Source of the DNA: Selaginella moellendorffii | Lineage: Eukaryota; Plantae; Lycopodiophyta | Direction: 5' to 3' | Length of the DNA: 64,000 nucleotides | Assembly: GCF_000143415.4 (NCBI RefSeq) | Contig: NW_003314292.1 | Location: 536,829 to 600,828 of the forward strand | Shown here: in pieces, positions 20,901-33,855 of the stretch | How the letters are laid out: each line of letters opens with the position of its first letter | Position numbering within the stretch: position 1 is the stretch's first letter | Notes under the pieces: model-generated | Told to the model about the DNA's origin: nothing | Databases searched by the model: none | The model's input: only the letters and a program-made list of their open reading frames with translations | Position numbers and translations under genes: made by a program

Positions 20901-23419
20901 CTCGGATGGTGAGAAGACTGGTGGAATCGCCGAGGCCAACAAAACCATCATCCAAGACGAATGGGGCCGAACTCACGGAAGTGGAATTTACGTTGGTGGC
21001 CGGACTGTCTTAAACCTGTGGCGCATCATGCGAGGAGAAGTCAAGCTTAGCAACTACACTGTAGAATGCGTTGGGGAAGAAGTTCTGAAGAGAAAAGTTC
21101 CTCGTATTTCCTGGCGAGACCTGACAAAGTGGTTTGCAAGTGGAGCCGGAGGAAACAGGTTTAGATCCGTCGAGTACTTGATCAACCGAACGGCTTTGAA
21201 CTTACAAATCCTTGATCAGCTCGATATTGTGAGTGCATACTGTATTTCAAGCCTGTGTCTGACATGGTTTTGCAGGTAAATAGAACCGCAGAGTTGGCAA
21301 GAGTGTTCGGTATCGACTTCTATTCTGTATTTTCTCGGGGCTCGCAGTACCGTGTTGAATCTATGATGCTGCGCCTTGCACATTCGCAAAATTTCTTGGC
21401 TATCTCTCCTTCTAAAGAACAGGTACTTATGATATTGACGAAGTTTCTCCTTACAACTTATTGTATTGTCTTGTAGGTGGCTGCACAACCGGCAATGGAG
21501 TGTCTGCCACTTGTATTGGAACCAGAATCGAAACTCTATACGAGCCCGGTTGTAGTGCTCGATTTCCAGTCACTCTATCCCTCCATGATAATTGCCTACA
21601 ACCTTTGCTTCTCGACGTGTCTGGGTAAATGCATCTCTCTAAACCCGAAAGTTCTCGGGGTTACTAAATTATGGATACCGCCGTCGCTACTACGGAGTCT
21701 AGTGGATAAGTTGATCGTCACTCCCAATGGGATCATGTTTGTTCCACCTGAGGTACCGTATCTGTTTCACAATCTTATGCTGATGCTTACACTCGTTGAA
21801 CCAGATTGCTCCTGGAGTTCTCCCAAGGTTGTTGCTAGAAATACTCTCCACGCGGATAATGGTGAAGGGCAAAATGAAGAAACTGGATGCATCGCAGAGA
21901 GTTCTTCACCGAGTCCGTTGAATTATCTTTTTTCTTTCGAATGGAATGACAGTTGGTTCGTTTTTACAGATTTTCAATGCTCGGCAGTTCGCTCTTAAGC
22001 TTATAGCAAACGTCACATATGGTTACGCAGCGGCTGGTTTCAGTGGGAGAATGCCATGCGCAGAGCTAGCTGACAGTATAGTTCAACTTGGAAGGCATAC
22101 TTTAGAGCAAGCAATCAACATGGTGAACAGCAATCCTGCTTGGGGTGCACGGGTTGTTTACGGCGACACCGACAGGCATGTGAACTGAAATGCTTTTTCG
22201 TATCTAATAGTGCTTGTTTGCAGTATGTTTGTACTTTTAGAAGGACGCTCGCGAAGCGAGGCCTTTAAGATTGGCCATGAAATAGCTTCCGCTGTCACAG
22301 CAGTGCATCCTCATCCAGTGGCCTTGAAGATGGAAAAAGTGTATCATCCTTGCGTTCTTTTGACAAAGAAGCGTTATGTGGGATACAGCTATGAATCTCC
22401 CACTCAAGAAACTCCTACTTTCGACGCGAAAGGGATTGAAACAGTGCGACGTGATAGCTGTGCTGCTGTTGCCAAGACAATGGAGAAGTCTCTGAGGCTA
22501 CTGTTTGAAACAAATGATCTTTCAAAGGTAGTAGTCGCTTTCTTGTTCGGTATTGATGTGCTGCCCTTCCCAACAGGTAAAACAATACCTGCAGCGCCAG
22601 TGGCAAAAGATTTTCAGCGGAAGAACGTCAATCCAGGATTTCGTGTTCTCAAAGGAGGTCCGGCTCGGGACTTACAGCACAAAGTCATCAGTGCTGCCTC
22701 CAGCGGCCATCGTTGCGTCAAAAGCCATGGCTGTGGATCCCCGTGCCGAGCCATGCTACGGAGAACGCATCCAGTACGTGGTGGTTCATGGCAAGCCCGG
22801 TGCACGTCTCGTGGACATGGTGGTGGATCCATACTTGCTCTTGGATGACAGCAAAGGCTTCCGGCTGCACGACACTTACTACATCAACAAGCAGATCTTG
22901 CCAGCGCTCCAGAGAGTATTTGGCCTCGTCGGAGTTGATCTTCGAGCATGGCTCTACGATATGTCCCGCGTCTATCAGCTTCCTGCTGCGAAAAGGCCAC
23001 GCCAAAACTACCACGAATATGGTGATGACGGAGGAGGAAGTGCTCGAAGAGGAAGGATCGACCATTACTACGCATCGCAGCACTGCGCAGTCTGTGGAGA
23101 TCTCATGACACAGGGACGGCGGCAGCTAACTTGTCAGCGATGCTCGTCGGACAAGCGGCTTATAAGTGTCGTGCTTGGTGGTCGAGCGAGCAGAGTCGAA
23201 AGAGAGCTCCAGCACATTCAAGCTGTAAGTTTGTGGTTGTTTTTTCCTGGCTGGAACTGATTTTGTTTTTGGTAGATCTGTCACACTTGTGGAGGAGGAG
23301 ACTCCAGTGGCGAGGTGCTGTGCGTATCGCTAGATTGTCCGGTGTTCTTCGAGCGCGTCAAAGTGAAGAGAGAGTTTGAGAACAGCACCGCTGTTTTGAA
23401 CCAGCTGCGTCTGGAATGA
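17273..23419 (+). CDS. REV3: DNA polymerase zeta catalytic subunit, multi-exon
   Basis: PVVRIYGST, YEAHIPYLLQ, RGSQYRVESMM, LDFQSLYPS, KLIANVTYGY, YGDTDS, KKRYVG, DAKGIETVRRD and C-terminal CysA/CysB motifs. Stop at 23417-23419. Confidence 0.97.
17893..17976 (+). other. U12-type GT-AG intron in REV3 containing a (CT)n microsatellite
   Basis: 5' site GTATCCTT, branch-point-like TTCTTGAC close to the AG. Splicing restores KITLYYP. Confidence 0.85.
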
Positions 23420-23619
23420 AGATAGGTACTTCATGGCTTTTGGTTTGTAATCAAACGAGCACAAAGTTTTTATGAAGGTGTTAATGCTCATTTTGTAACT
23501 TAGGAAGTTGTGCACTTATATAAATGCATCTTATGGTTTTCATTTTAATTTTAACTGAGTGAAGTTCTTTGATAATTATTTGGTTAAATCTAGGTTTATA
23601 GTTTAAGTTGACGTATCGT

Positions 23620-24720
23620 TGCAGCCTTGTTGAAGGAAGTAGAACGCTTTTGGGGCGGAGCGAAAGAGTCGGTTCTCAGCTCTCCAATCTTTTACATAGA
23701 CTGTAGGTTGGAATTTTTTGGCCACGTAGATTGGGGAACGCTATAGCTGCAAAGTTCCATGACTACTTGGACAAGTTAAGGCACTGCCTGACACGGTCCC
23801 TTTTAGCATGCCTGAGGCATTCAAAGGTTTGGAAGTTTCAGCTACACAGTTTGTTTTTTTTTCTTGTTTTATGGAATGAGAGTTACGACTGCACTGAAAT
23901 GGTTCATGCACATCCACCCGAAAGCGAAACCAATCTTCATTTTTTACGAGGCTAGTTGTCTCGAGCAGTGGCCACAGCAGGAGCTCAAAGAGTTTTTGGG
24001 ATTCTTCGCTTCAGTCACTAAGCAGGATCATCGTGCCCACTTGGTGCTGTCCACCTCGGACGCCTTGTTTATCTCCTGGGCGGTCACTTACTTTCAGGAT
24101 GGAGACTGGGTTCCATTTGGAATAGGCCCCTTTCGCGAGCGAGATGCTCGCAACTTCTACGACGTTTACTCCAAGTCCGTGGACAATGTTCAGGTGGGCG
24201 CTCGAAAAACTGCAGCTGCCGTGAGTGACGATGACTGCAACAAGGTTTTTGCAATCTGTGGAGGATCCCCACACTTGCTACAAGCCTGTGCAAGCGATGC
24301 TGTAACGTCTCCACTGGATGCAGTACTTGAGAGTGGCCGATGCAATGGGGTTCGTGGAGAATGTGATTTCTGGAAATGGCTGGGATGGCTCCCTGTATCT
24401 GAAGATCATGCAGCACATAGTACGGGATGGTTACGTTGGCTATGATAAGGTGGCAAAGGATGTTTATGGAGTGACTAAGGGAGGGGTGGAGTTGAAAAGG
24501 TGTAACACAGAGATCCTTGCCATGCTTGCCAAGAATGTGATACATGTACGCTATGTGCGACCGGGTATCAGATATACTTCCCTGCGAAGCATCACCATTA
24601 CCAACTTATGCCGAGATCCCCAGTTCATCTTGCTGCAATGAAGGAAGTTATGGAAAGTGTTCAGTGTTCGTACCTCCTGCCGGACACGACGTAGGGAGGA
24701 GCTCAAGAATCTGTGATAAG
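23620..24720 (+). pseudogene. P-loop ATPase-like (ATPase_2/AAA-type) pseudogene
   Basis: PIFIFYEA (degenerate Walker B), TKQ..AHLVLSTSD and CGGSPHLL motifs. Frameshifted, with no Walker A or clear start. Confidence 0.55.
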
Positions 24721-24989
24721 GTCTGTGGAGGATCCCCAACTTGCTTAGAGTCTGCGCTGTGCAGTCCTAGAAGTACCTCAGAGTCATGCAGCACAACGAA
24801 AATTTATGATCCAGCGAAATGCACAGCACCTCGCCACTGGAATCTCTTCCTCAAGTGTGCCAGATCTATCATCACACCAAAAATAATCAATTCCAGCCCG
24901 AAAAACCACCACAATGAATGTGTTTCACCAAGCTTTGTTATGCTTTTGTAATGTGTTTTTTTTAAAATAGTTTGCCACTATGCTTCTTT

Positions 24990-25066
24990 GTTCTTCGAGT
25001 GAAGAGAGAGTTTGGCTCTTTTGCCGCAATTGGAATGCAGGTACTTCATGGCTTTTGGTTTGTAAT
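24990..25066 (+). repeat. Partial duplicate of the REV3 last exon and 3'UTR
   Basis: GTTCTTCGAG..GTGAAGAGAGAGTTTG..GGAATG..AGGTACTTCATGGCTTTTGGTTTGTAAT matches about 23344-23451. Confidence 0.8.
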
Positions 25067-25255
25067 ATTTCTCATGTGGATGATAACGATAGATAATTAC
25101 ATAGATAGATAGATGGCATGGGACCATACTAAAGTTTTACTACATCTCTCGATGGAACGATAGCCACAGGACGAAAGCTCTTGTGTTTGGTAAGTTTTTA
25201 ACAAAGGTGGAATAGTTATTTGGTTAAGTTTTTTGTGAAGGTTTAGGGTTTAGGT

Positions 25256-28200
25256 ATGGCGCCCAAGCGGGGAAGAGGAGGCAGGGGAGGAAGAGGCAAG
25301 GGCAGGGATGCCGGGCCCAATTACCCATCGCGTCTTCTCAAGGAGATTGGCCTGCCGCTGGATCTGAATGATCGCAAGAGGCGGCATTCTCGCAAATCCG
25401 GCAAGCCGGCGGATGAGCCCGATTCGGTTGCCAGCGATTTGTACGAGTACCAAGAGGGTGTGCCGCAGGAGGAGTCCGGGAAGAACAGGCGGTTTGACCA
25501 GGTGGACAAGCTGGAGTACGAGCTTCCATCGGATTTCGAGGTGAGAGTTTGTGTTTGTTTTGCTTCTGGAATTGAATGTGGGGTGTTTGCAGGATGAGGA
25601 GATCGATGAAGGTGCTGCGTCTGGAGAGGAGAATGTTGGAACTTTGGATGATAAATCACTGGAAGATGACGAGGGAGACGAAGAAGAAGGAGATCAGGAA
25701 GAACTCCATGATAGAATGCTCATGGAAGTCACTGGTAAAGCGAACCGACATGGTACGTGCCTTTCTATTCTCTCTCAGCTACGGCTAAAAGACTGTTCTT
25801 TGTCTACGTAGCTAAAAAGGTCAAGGAAGATATCAGCTACATGGATGATAAGAATGAAGAAGTGCCAATCACTGTTGAGGATTTGCTGGCTCCACTCCAG
25901 GAAAAGCCTGGATTTAATGCGCTCAAGAAACGGGTTCGATCATTGCAAAAGAGTGCGGCTCCGGTGTCGGTACCGCTGCCGAAAAATATTCAGGAGAAGA
26001 TCGATAGACAAGCTGGCTACGAGAAAACTGTTGAGGACATCAGCAAGTGGCAGCCGATCGTGAAAAGGAATCGTGAAGCCTCTACACTGAAGTTTATTGA
26101 CAAAGTAAACGTCGCCCTTTCATCAACGACGTCGATGGTCGCTGATTTCAAGCCTTCGACAGCGTTTGAGAAGGAGGTGGCAGCTTTGCTAAAGGAAAAC
26201 GGTGTGGCCGATCCTTCTCAAATTCAGGCCAAGGAAAGCCTCGAGCTTAACAAGGTACTGGTTGGCTCTTTGATGTTTCCTCTGGTAAATTACTAGCGTT
26301 ATTTTTGTGCAGCTATCGGTTGATGAAGTCAGGGATCGTCAAGAGAGACTTGCTAAAATGCGTAATCTTTTATTCCGTCACGAGGAGAGAGCCAAGAGAG
26401 TAAAAAAGATCAAGTCCAAAACGTTTCGTCGGCTTGCGAGGAAATCGCAGAAGACCAAAGCAGATATGTTGGCGGATGATCCTGACGTACAACTCGAGGA
26501 AACTATGAAGCAGGAGTTGAATCGTGCAAGGGTAAAAGTTTTAGTCTCTTGTATCCAGAGTACTTACTAATCCTCCTGTTTTGCAGGAGCGCATGACTTT
26601 GAAACACAAAAACACGTCTCGCTGGGCAAAAAGAATTCTAAAGCGTGGCTTGCAGCAACACAATGAGGGAACAAGAGAGGCTATCACAGAGCAGCTCCGT
26701 GAGCACGCGTTGTTGACGAGAAAAATTCATTCTGCCAAGTCTGAGAGCAGTAGCAGTGACGAGGACGAGGAAGACGACAGTGATAAGGATGATGAGCCGG
26801 GACTTGTGCTCGAAAAGCCTGGATCAAGAGTGCTGGCCAAAGCCAAGGTCGCTACGTTGAAAGCACTGGAAGAAGGAACCAACGACACCGAGCTACCGAC
26901 TACTGGTATCTTTGCTCTTCCATTCATGGTAAATATTCATGCATTTTAATTCAACTCATCTTTACTTCTACCACTTTCTGTCAGGTCCGTGCGATTGAGA
27001 AAAAGAGAAAAGAAGCAGAAGATGAGGCCCGGGCAGTTTTAGAAGAACTCGAATCAGCTAGAGCTGACGATGCTGGTCCTAGCCAGGAAACTGGCCCATT
27101 AAAAGGGAAGCTGTCGTTTGGAGGCCACGCGGACAAGGTATCCGCGATGAAAGCTATCGATGAAGAAGATGACATGGTGGAGCGTGGAACTGATAGTGAA
27201 AACTCAGAAGATGAATCTCCGTTGATGGGAACGAAGATGCTATTAGTCACGAGGAAGGAGAAAAAGAGAAAATCTGATCCTGTTCCTGTCAATGCCGTTG
27301 ATATTGAGGATGTTGATCTAGAAGGAATGGTAAGCCGGTATAGCTCCTCTTTCCTTAAAATAAGACTAATGTGTTCATACAGGTTAGTGCTGCCGTGGAG
27401 CACACCACGAAAGTTGACGAACCAATCACGATAGCTGGAGACAAGAGCGAGAGGACGAAGAAGAAAAAGAAGAAGAAAAGCAAAAACAAGGAATCGGCGA
27501 CTAGACTTGAAGATGCGATGGGAGTGGAGGTGACAAAGCATTCGGTTATCAGTGCAAACCCGACAGTATTCGGCACGGACGAAGTTGCGAGGCCAGAAAC
27601 AAACAGCAAAAGCGTAGCAGACGAAAGTTTTAAGGTGGCGATTGCGGGGCGGCCAAAGGATACGAGTCGCAAGCAGGACAAAAAAACTGTACCAGAGCAG
27701 GAAAACAGCGTGGAAGAACAAGAGGAAGATCTCGACTACGACGGTGACGAAGTCATAGTTCCACGTAGTCAAGAGGATCTGATTCGAGAGGCTTTTGCTG
27801 GAGACGATGTGGAGGCCGAGTTCCAAGAAGCAAAAGCGGCCGCAGTGGACGAGGAGTGTCCCCAAGAAGAACTCGAGAGAATGGACTTACCAGGCTGGGG
27901 GCAGTGGACAGACATCCAGAAGAAGAGAGGTCCTCCACAATGGATGCTAAAGCAACAGGAGGAGGCCAAGCGAAAGAAAGAAGAGGCCGAGAAGCGGAGA
28001 CTGGATGCAAAGCTCAAGCACGTCATCATCAGCCAGAAGACTGATAAGAAGGTAGGTTTTCTTGTTCTTCCTTTTCTTTGCTCACTTCTCTGTGTAACAG
28101 GCTGCAAAGTTCCTGTCGTCGTCGCTGCCATTCCCCTACACATCCAAAGAAGTTTTCGAGAAAACAATGCGGATGCCATTGGGGCGTGATTACAACCCAG

Positions 28201-28436
28201 CCAAAGGTTTTCAGGACTTGACACGACCATCTGTAAGCTTTGCTTTTCTTACTGTTTCTCGATCTTCCTGTGTTGATTTGATTGTAAACGTGATTACCAC
28301 GCAGATAATCAAACGAGCGGGAGTGATAATCGATCCAATCGAGTACGAGGACGTCGGCAAGAGAAAACGCAAGCAAGAGAGTATCTCGCACGGAGCACGG
28401 GATTCCAGGAAAGCGAAAACGCAAGCAAAGGTTTGA
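25256..28436 (+). CDS. UTP14: U3 snoRNA-associated protein 14 (SSU processome), multi-exon
   Basis: KWQPIVKRNREA, KRVKKIKSKTFR, ERMTLKHKNTSRWAK, AFAGDDVEAEF, LPGWGQW, PLGRDYNP. A telo-box TAGGGTTT lies just upstream. Confidence 0.95.
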
Positions 28437-28592
28437 TGATCTTTCTAAAGAGGAATCGCAATCTAACAAGCTTTGTTACTCTTCTATCACAGGATGGGCG
28501 ATAGCGTCTCGAATAACACAAGCAAAGGTTTGACGATCTTTCTCCAGAGGAATCGAGATCTAACAATCTTTGTTAATCTTCTATCGCAGGAT
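28421..28592 (+). repeat. Two-copy tandem duplication (~97-bp period) of the UTP14 stop/3'UTR
   Basis: CAAGCAAAGGTTTGA..ATCTTTCT..AGAGGAATCG..ATCTAACAA..CTTTGTTA..CTTCTATC..CAGGAT occurs twice. Confidence 0.8.
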
Positions 28593-28992
28593 AGCAAGCA
28601 TCTCGAAAAGCTATGGCAACAATTTTTTTGATCGATCGATTCCTTCTTTCGTGGAGGAATTGTTTTGCCTTTGCTGCAAAGCTAGCTTCTTTGGATATCC
28701 GGGCATATGCAAATAGCATATGCAAAGCCATTGAGCTTAATGCATGCACGTCATTTTCCAAGACGATGGATTCCTTCATATAATAACGGACAAATGAGAA
28801 TATCCAGGGAATAAGAGGCTCGTTTTTAAGGGCAGAAGCTTGAGCTATGGCGGCAGGGCAACTCGACCTATTTCTCGCGAGATTGTGAGTGTAGATTCTT
28901 CTAGGAAGGGCGAAATCCAGCGCTGTTGTGCTGCATAGGATTGATCCCCGCGACGAGGGTAGGGATTCTTGATCGATCGAGGGCGCGGCGCC

Positions 28993-30303
28993 ATGACTGT
29001 GTCGATGCAAGGGCAAGAGGCCGGGAGTATCCAGAGAATGCCGATTGTGGGATCCGGCAAGATCTGGGAGGAGATGCTGGCTCGCGAATTCTCGCATCAC
29101 AGGCAAGGAATCGCGAGAATCAACAACGGGAGCTTTGGGAGCTGTCCTCGATCGGTCCTGGAGGCGCAGCAGCGGTGGCACAGGCAGTGGCTGGAGCAGC
29201 CGGACGAGTTCTACTTCGGCCCCCTGGAGAAGGGATTGCGCGCGTCGCGGGAGGCGATCGCGTCCATCATCCGCGCGCCCGACGTGGAGGAGATCGTCCT
29301 GGTGGACAACGTGACCACGGCGGCGGCGATGATCGCCCAGGACATGGCGTGGGGATTCCTGGAGAAGAGATTCCACCCCGGCGACGCCATCCTCATGCTC
29401 AACTGCAGCTATGCCGCCGTGAAGAAGTGCTTCGAGGCCTACGCTGTTCGCGCCGGCGCGAGGATCATCGAGGTGGAGCTCGCGCTTCCAATCCTCTCCG
29501 CCCGGCAGATCATCGACAGCTTCCAGCGATCGCTGGAGCAGGCCGCCAAGAGCTCCACCACCATCCGGCTGGCGGTGATCGACCACATCACCTCGATGCC
29601 ATCGGTGGTTCTCCCGGCGCGAGATCTCGTCGCCCTTTGCCGCGACGCTGGAGTGGAGCAGATCTTCGTGGACGGCGCTCACGCGATCGGCAACATCGAG
29701 CTGAGCGTGGAGGAGATCGACGCCGACTACTACTCGAGCAATCTCCACAAGTGGCTCTTCGCTCCACACAGCGTCGCGTTCCTCCACGCCAAGGCCAAGC
29801 ATCTGGAGCGCCTCCACCACCCGGTGGTGTCTCACAACTTCAAGCTGGGGCTCTTCAGCGAGTGTTCTTGGGTGGGGACGAGAGACTACACCTCCCAGCT
29901 CGCCGTGACCGCCGCGGTGGAGTTCATCGATGGGAATCTAGGTGGCCTCTCCAGTCTCATCGCTTTCAATCACCGGGGGGCGATGGCGATGGCGGAGATG
30001 CTCGCGGCGGCGTGGGGGACGCAGTGTGGGACGTGTGCCGAGCTTGCTTCGTCCATGGCGATGGTGGAGCTCCCGGCGAAGCTGGAAGTGGCGAGCGAGG
30101 AGGCGGCGCTGGAGATGAGGACGAGGCTGCGCAGGGAGTTTGGAGTGGAGGTGCCGATTTGCTTCCAGGCGGGGGGATCGCCCAGCGCGAATTCGAAGAG
30201 CAAGAGATCCGGGACGGCGTACGCGAGAGTTTCTCACCAGATTTACAACAAGCTCGAGGACTACGCGAGGCTGCGAGACGCTGTGAAATCCTTAGCTCGC
30301 TAG
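28993..30303 (+). CDS. LCD: L-cysteine desulfhydrase / isopenicillin N epimerase-like PLP enzyme (aminotransferase class V)
   Basis: EFSHH..ARINNGSFG, IDHITS, VDGAHAIG, SNLHKW (PLP lysine), GTRD. Intronless; start codon uncertain. Confidence 0.9.
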   Translation: MTVSMQGQEAGSIQRMPIVGSGKIWEEMLAREFSHHRQGIARINNGSFGSCPRSVLEAQQRWHRQWLEQPDEFYFGPLEKGLRASREAIASIIRAPDVEEIVLVDNVTTAAAMIAQDMAWGFLEKRFHPGDAILMLNCSYAAVKKCFEAYAVRAGARIIEVELALPILSARQIIDSFQRSLEQAAKSSTTIRLAVIDHITSMPSVVLPARDLVALCRDAGVEQIFVDGAHAIGNIELSVEEIDADYYSSNLHKWLFAPHSVAFLHAKAKHLERLHHPVVSHNFKLGLFSECSWVGTRDYTSQLAVTAAVEFIDGNLGGLSSLIAFNHRGAMAMAEMLAAAWGTQCGTCAELASSMAMVELPAKLEVASEEAALEMRTRLRREFGVEVPICFQAGGSPSANSKSKRSGTAYARVSHQIYNKLEDYARLRDAVKSLAR

Positions 30304-31335
30304 ATTGCGAAGAATGTTTTGGATCATACGTGGATAAATAATAAACCTTTGCTCCTGTTAAAGCCTCTTAAAGTGGGTTTGTGTTCTAGGGTTTATGAAT
30401 GGGCCAGGGATGGAGCTCGGAAAATGCGATGGATTTCTGCCGATCGAGAGCTCTAACATCTCAGTGCTGCTCGAGCACTGTGGTGAATCTTTGAGGTGAC
30501 ACTTCATTCATTGAGTTGCTCTCTCTAGTTTCGATTTCTTGCGGCTGATTAACCTCGCAATTTGTAGAATGCAATGCCATGGCGCGATTTCTTTTTCTTG
30601 GCGCTGGAGCTCGTCACAGAAGATCCGTGAAATCTGAGGTATATTTCGCTTACACAAAGAATTCCTTTGGCTTTAGATGGACGCTCACACTTTGGTCGCT
30701 GTTCGTTGATAGAGGAAGAGTGCGCTGTGATGCGCTTACTTTTGTGCTCCAACTGTGTTAGCTCCAGGCGGACGCTGTCCATCGTTTGGTAAATTTTGGT
30801 TTTCAAGCTAAGAATCGCGTCCATTGCTATTCCTTTTTTTGTGCTCGAGATGGACTCGTGTTGTGGCAGATCCTTGAACGATATTGATAGTTTCAGCATC
30901 TTTTCGAAACACTTATGAGGGAGCTCCATCCTTTTCTCTCAAGATCACCTGCGATTTTAAGCTCAATATTGGCTTTTTACCCCACATTGCCATGACGATT
31001 GGCAATCTTTCTCTTTTCTTGTGTTTCTGATGGAGCTTTTCAGGATATTTCGCGAGGTTTTTCTTTTTGTAGCCTGCTATTGCTGAAAGCCGAAGCTCGA
31101 AACGGTTTCTTCTTATAATTTCTAGTTTTGAATCACGTACTAATTGACGATTTTTCTACGACGAATTTCCTTTATGAGTTTCTGGAACTCAAATAGGAGA
31201 AGATATAACTGTTCTTCTTTGGAGGTTGATGATTTAATGATATTGCAGCTACATTGTTTTTGGCTTAGCGCAACAGTTTCAGCAGTAGCGAATCAACGAA
31301 GGTATATTTTTCGTTCAATGTTGTAACGTATAATT

Positions 31336-33855
31336 TCATCGGGCATTCAGGCTAGATTGTGAGAAGGCAGTAAACGAGGAAGACGAGTTCAGAAACTTAT
31401 CAGAACTCCGATAACTCACGTTCGAGGCTCTTTGCTGATCTTTGGGTCTGTAAGCGAAAAAGAAGTTCAGCTCCGATTCCAAAGGTACTTCAAGGAGCTC
31501 GGTAACTCCTTCCATCATCTGTATAACCTTGCTCATCGAGGGCCGTAAGTTTGGATCGTCTCGAACACACATCGCCGCAACATTCTTCAATCTTTCCTTT
31601 TCGTTCTCTTCTTCAGAGAGGTGAGCAGCGGCACTACCGTTTCTGTTACTAACCAACAAGTAGTCCTTCAGGTAATCGCCTGAGAGGTTCCTGTTCTTGC
31701 AGCCTGTTATGATCTCAAGCAGCAGAACCCCGAAGCCGAAAACATCTGTTTTTTCAGTCACCGTTCCTTCCTGAATACACTCTGGTGCAACATAGCCAGG
31801 AGTGCCTCTCGTAGTCGTCAGCTGCAACTGGCTTTCCTTCCTGTCCATGAGCTTGGACAATCCGAAGTCTGCTATCTTCGACTGGAAACCATCGTCGAGG
31901 AGTACGTTCTCCGGCTTCAGATCCAGGTGGATTATCCTTTCAACACAGTCATCGTGTAAGTAGTTCAATCCTCTCGCTGTGCCTATTGCGATGTTGAATC
32001 TAACTTTCCACGAAATATTCCCAGGAATTCTGTCGTCTTCAAATATCCACTGCTCTAGAGAGCCATTCTTCATATACTCGTACACAAGGAGCCTTTTCCT
32101 GGGTCCTTGCGCACAGAATCCCAGCAGCTTGACGAGGTTCCAGTGGTGCGTCCTGGCTAGAATTCCAACTTCCGCAAAAAAGTCCTTACTTCTCTGGTTC
32201 GACCCTTCGAGCTTCTTCACAGCAACTTCAGTTCCATCGGCAAGTAATCCTTTGAAAACGCTTCCGAATCCTCCATTCCCGAGGCAGTTGCTGAACTTCC
32301 CTGTGACTTCTTCAAGCTCCTGGAAACTGAAGCGCCTGGGCATACCCGCCATGAGGGATAGCTGCAAGGTGCTTTCTTCTTCTCCCTCGTCGTCATCATG
32401 CTTATTTCTCCTCCGGCAGTGCCATCCGAGACAGACTATCAGCAGGAACATTGTTGGAACAAGTACTCCCAACGTGATGGCCTGGAGTTGCGTCTTGGAA
32501 ATCTTTCGAGGGCGGGCAACTTTCAGCAGAGCAACGTACTTCCCAGATCGGAGTGACTGCACGTCGCCGTGCGTGAGAAAGCAGCTCCCGTCATCATAAA
32601 AGGCCGCCGTGCAGGTGCAGTTCGACTCACAGCGCCCCTGACACGCGTCCACTGATGCTTCAGGAACTGGAGTGGAATAATTTGTGGAGAAGTAATCAGC
32701 TCCCTCTCTTCGAACGAATCGATACTCGAGCTGGTCTTCGCATGTCTCTAGTGGATATGGTGGCTGGCAGTCTTCACCTCTTCTTGCAAAGGTATCTGGA
32801 CAAGTTTCCTCGCATGCGCCTGATGCTGAATTGCAGGTTCTGTATCTTCCACATCCACTTGGAAGAAAGCACTTGAAGAGAGTCGAAAACCTGAAGAAAT
32901 CTATCCAGTTTGTACCCGTCCAATTCCAGGAGTACAAGACGACATCCCCGTCCGGTTTCAGCTTTATGAAAGTGGAGGCCGTGAGTTTTGACCCATTTAT
33001 TGGCAACTCCATCACTTGGTCTTTTAAACCTCGACTGGAACATGACAAGGAAAACACCAACCCCAAGTCATCACGCTTCGTTTCAATCTGTGAGAAGTTG
33101 GCTCGCAGATCCAGAGACACGTTACCATCGTTTTGCCAGCAGAACACCGCAAACATATCTTCCTCGCTGGTAATATTACCGAAGCTCCAGTATGGTTGCG
33201 AGGCGTACAACAGTTGCAGCCTGTTATTCTCTATGACGAGACTATAGAGGCCATCGCTGCTGTCTTCTGAAGTATTCCAACTTACGAGCTTTTGTCCCGG
33301 CGTAAGTGCTCGTTGCAACAGCACAGTATCAGAAGGTTCGTCGCTGCTTTGCCAGATGACATTGCTTCAGCTTTCATCCAGGAGCATTATGGCTGCGCGA
33401 TTGGAAATACAGAGCCACCGGACGCCTCTGTTTGCAGTTTTCGTGGACCATACAACATCATCGTCTTCGATTTTAAGCTCTCCATCTGCGGTAAATTGTA
33501 AAGTGGCATTCTCACCTACAAGCCTCGTCTGTCGGGCCTTCCACAGGATGACCGGTTTAGTGAGATCCCAATACTCACTTGGATTGCGGATGGCAATGGG
33601 TGCCAGGAAAAACGATTTTGGCGTTTCAGCGTTATAACTCAGCATCCACACCTGGTAACTCATGCCCTGGCTGATATCTATGTTGCTATAATTTGACCAT
33701 AAACCAGCGTAGCGGCCACTCAAACCGTATGGATCAAGCGGATACAAGGCACCATTTATCTTGGTGGTGAAGTTCGAGTAGCATATTTCTGCTTGAGCAA
33801 AACGCAGGATGAAGATCGACGAGACAATGAAGCACAACTTTCCTTTACTAGCCAT
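31336..33855 (-). pseudogene. G-type lectin S-domain receptor kinase copy 1, premature stop
   Basis: Collinear with the two intact paralogs. GGA to TGA at 33367-33369 splits the reading frame without a frameshift. Confidence 0.9.

Noticed and set aside
28993-30303. Intronless GC-rich PLP enzyme as a bacterial transfer or ergothioneine/beta-lactam gene
   Set aside because: The N-terminal motif matches the plant LCD family and no partner pathway genes are nearby.
28573-30341. Long overlapping ORFs (420 aa antisense, 471 aa alternative frame) over LCD
   Set aside because: Expected shadows of a GC-rich coding sequence with few stops; no recognisable motifs.
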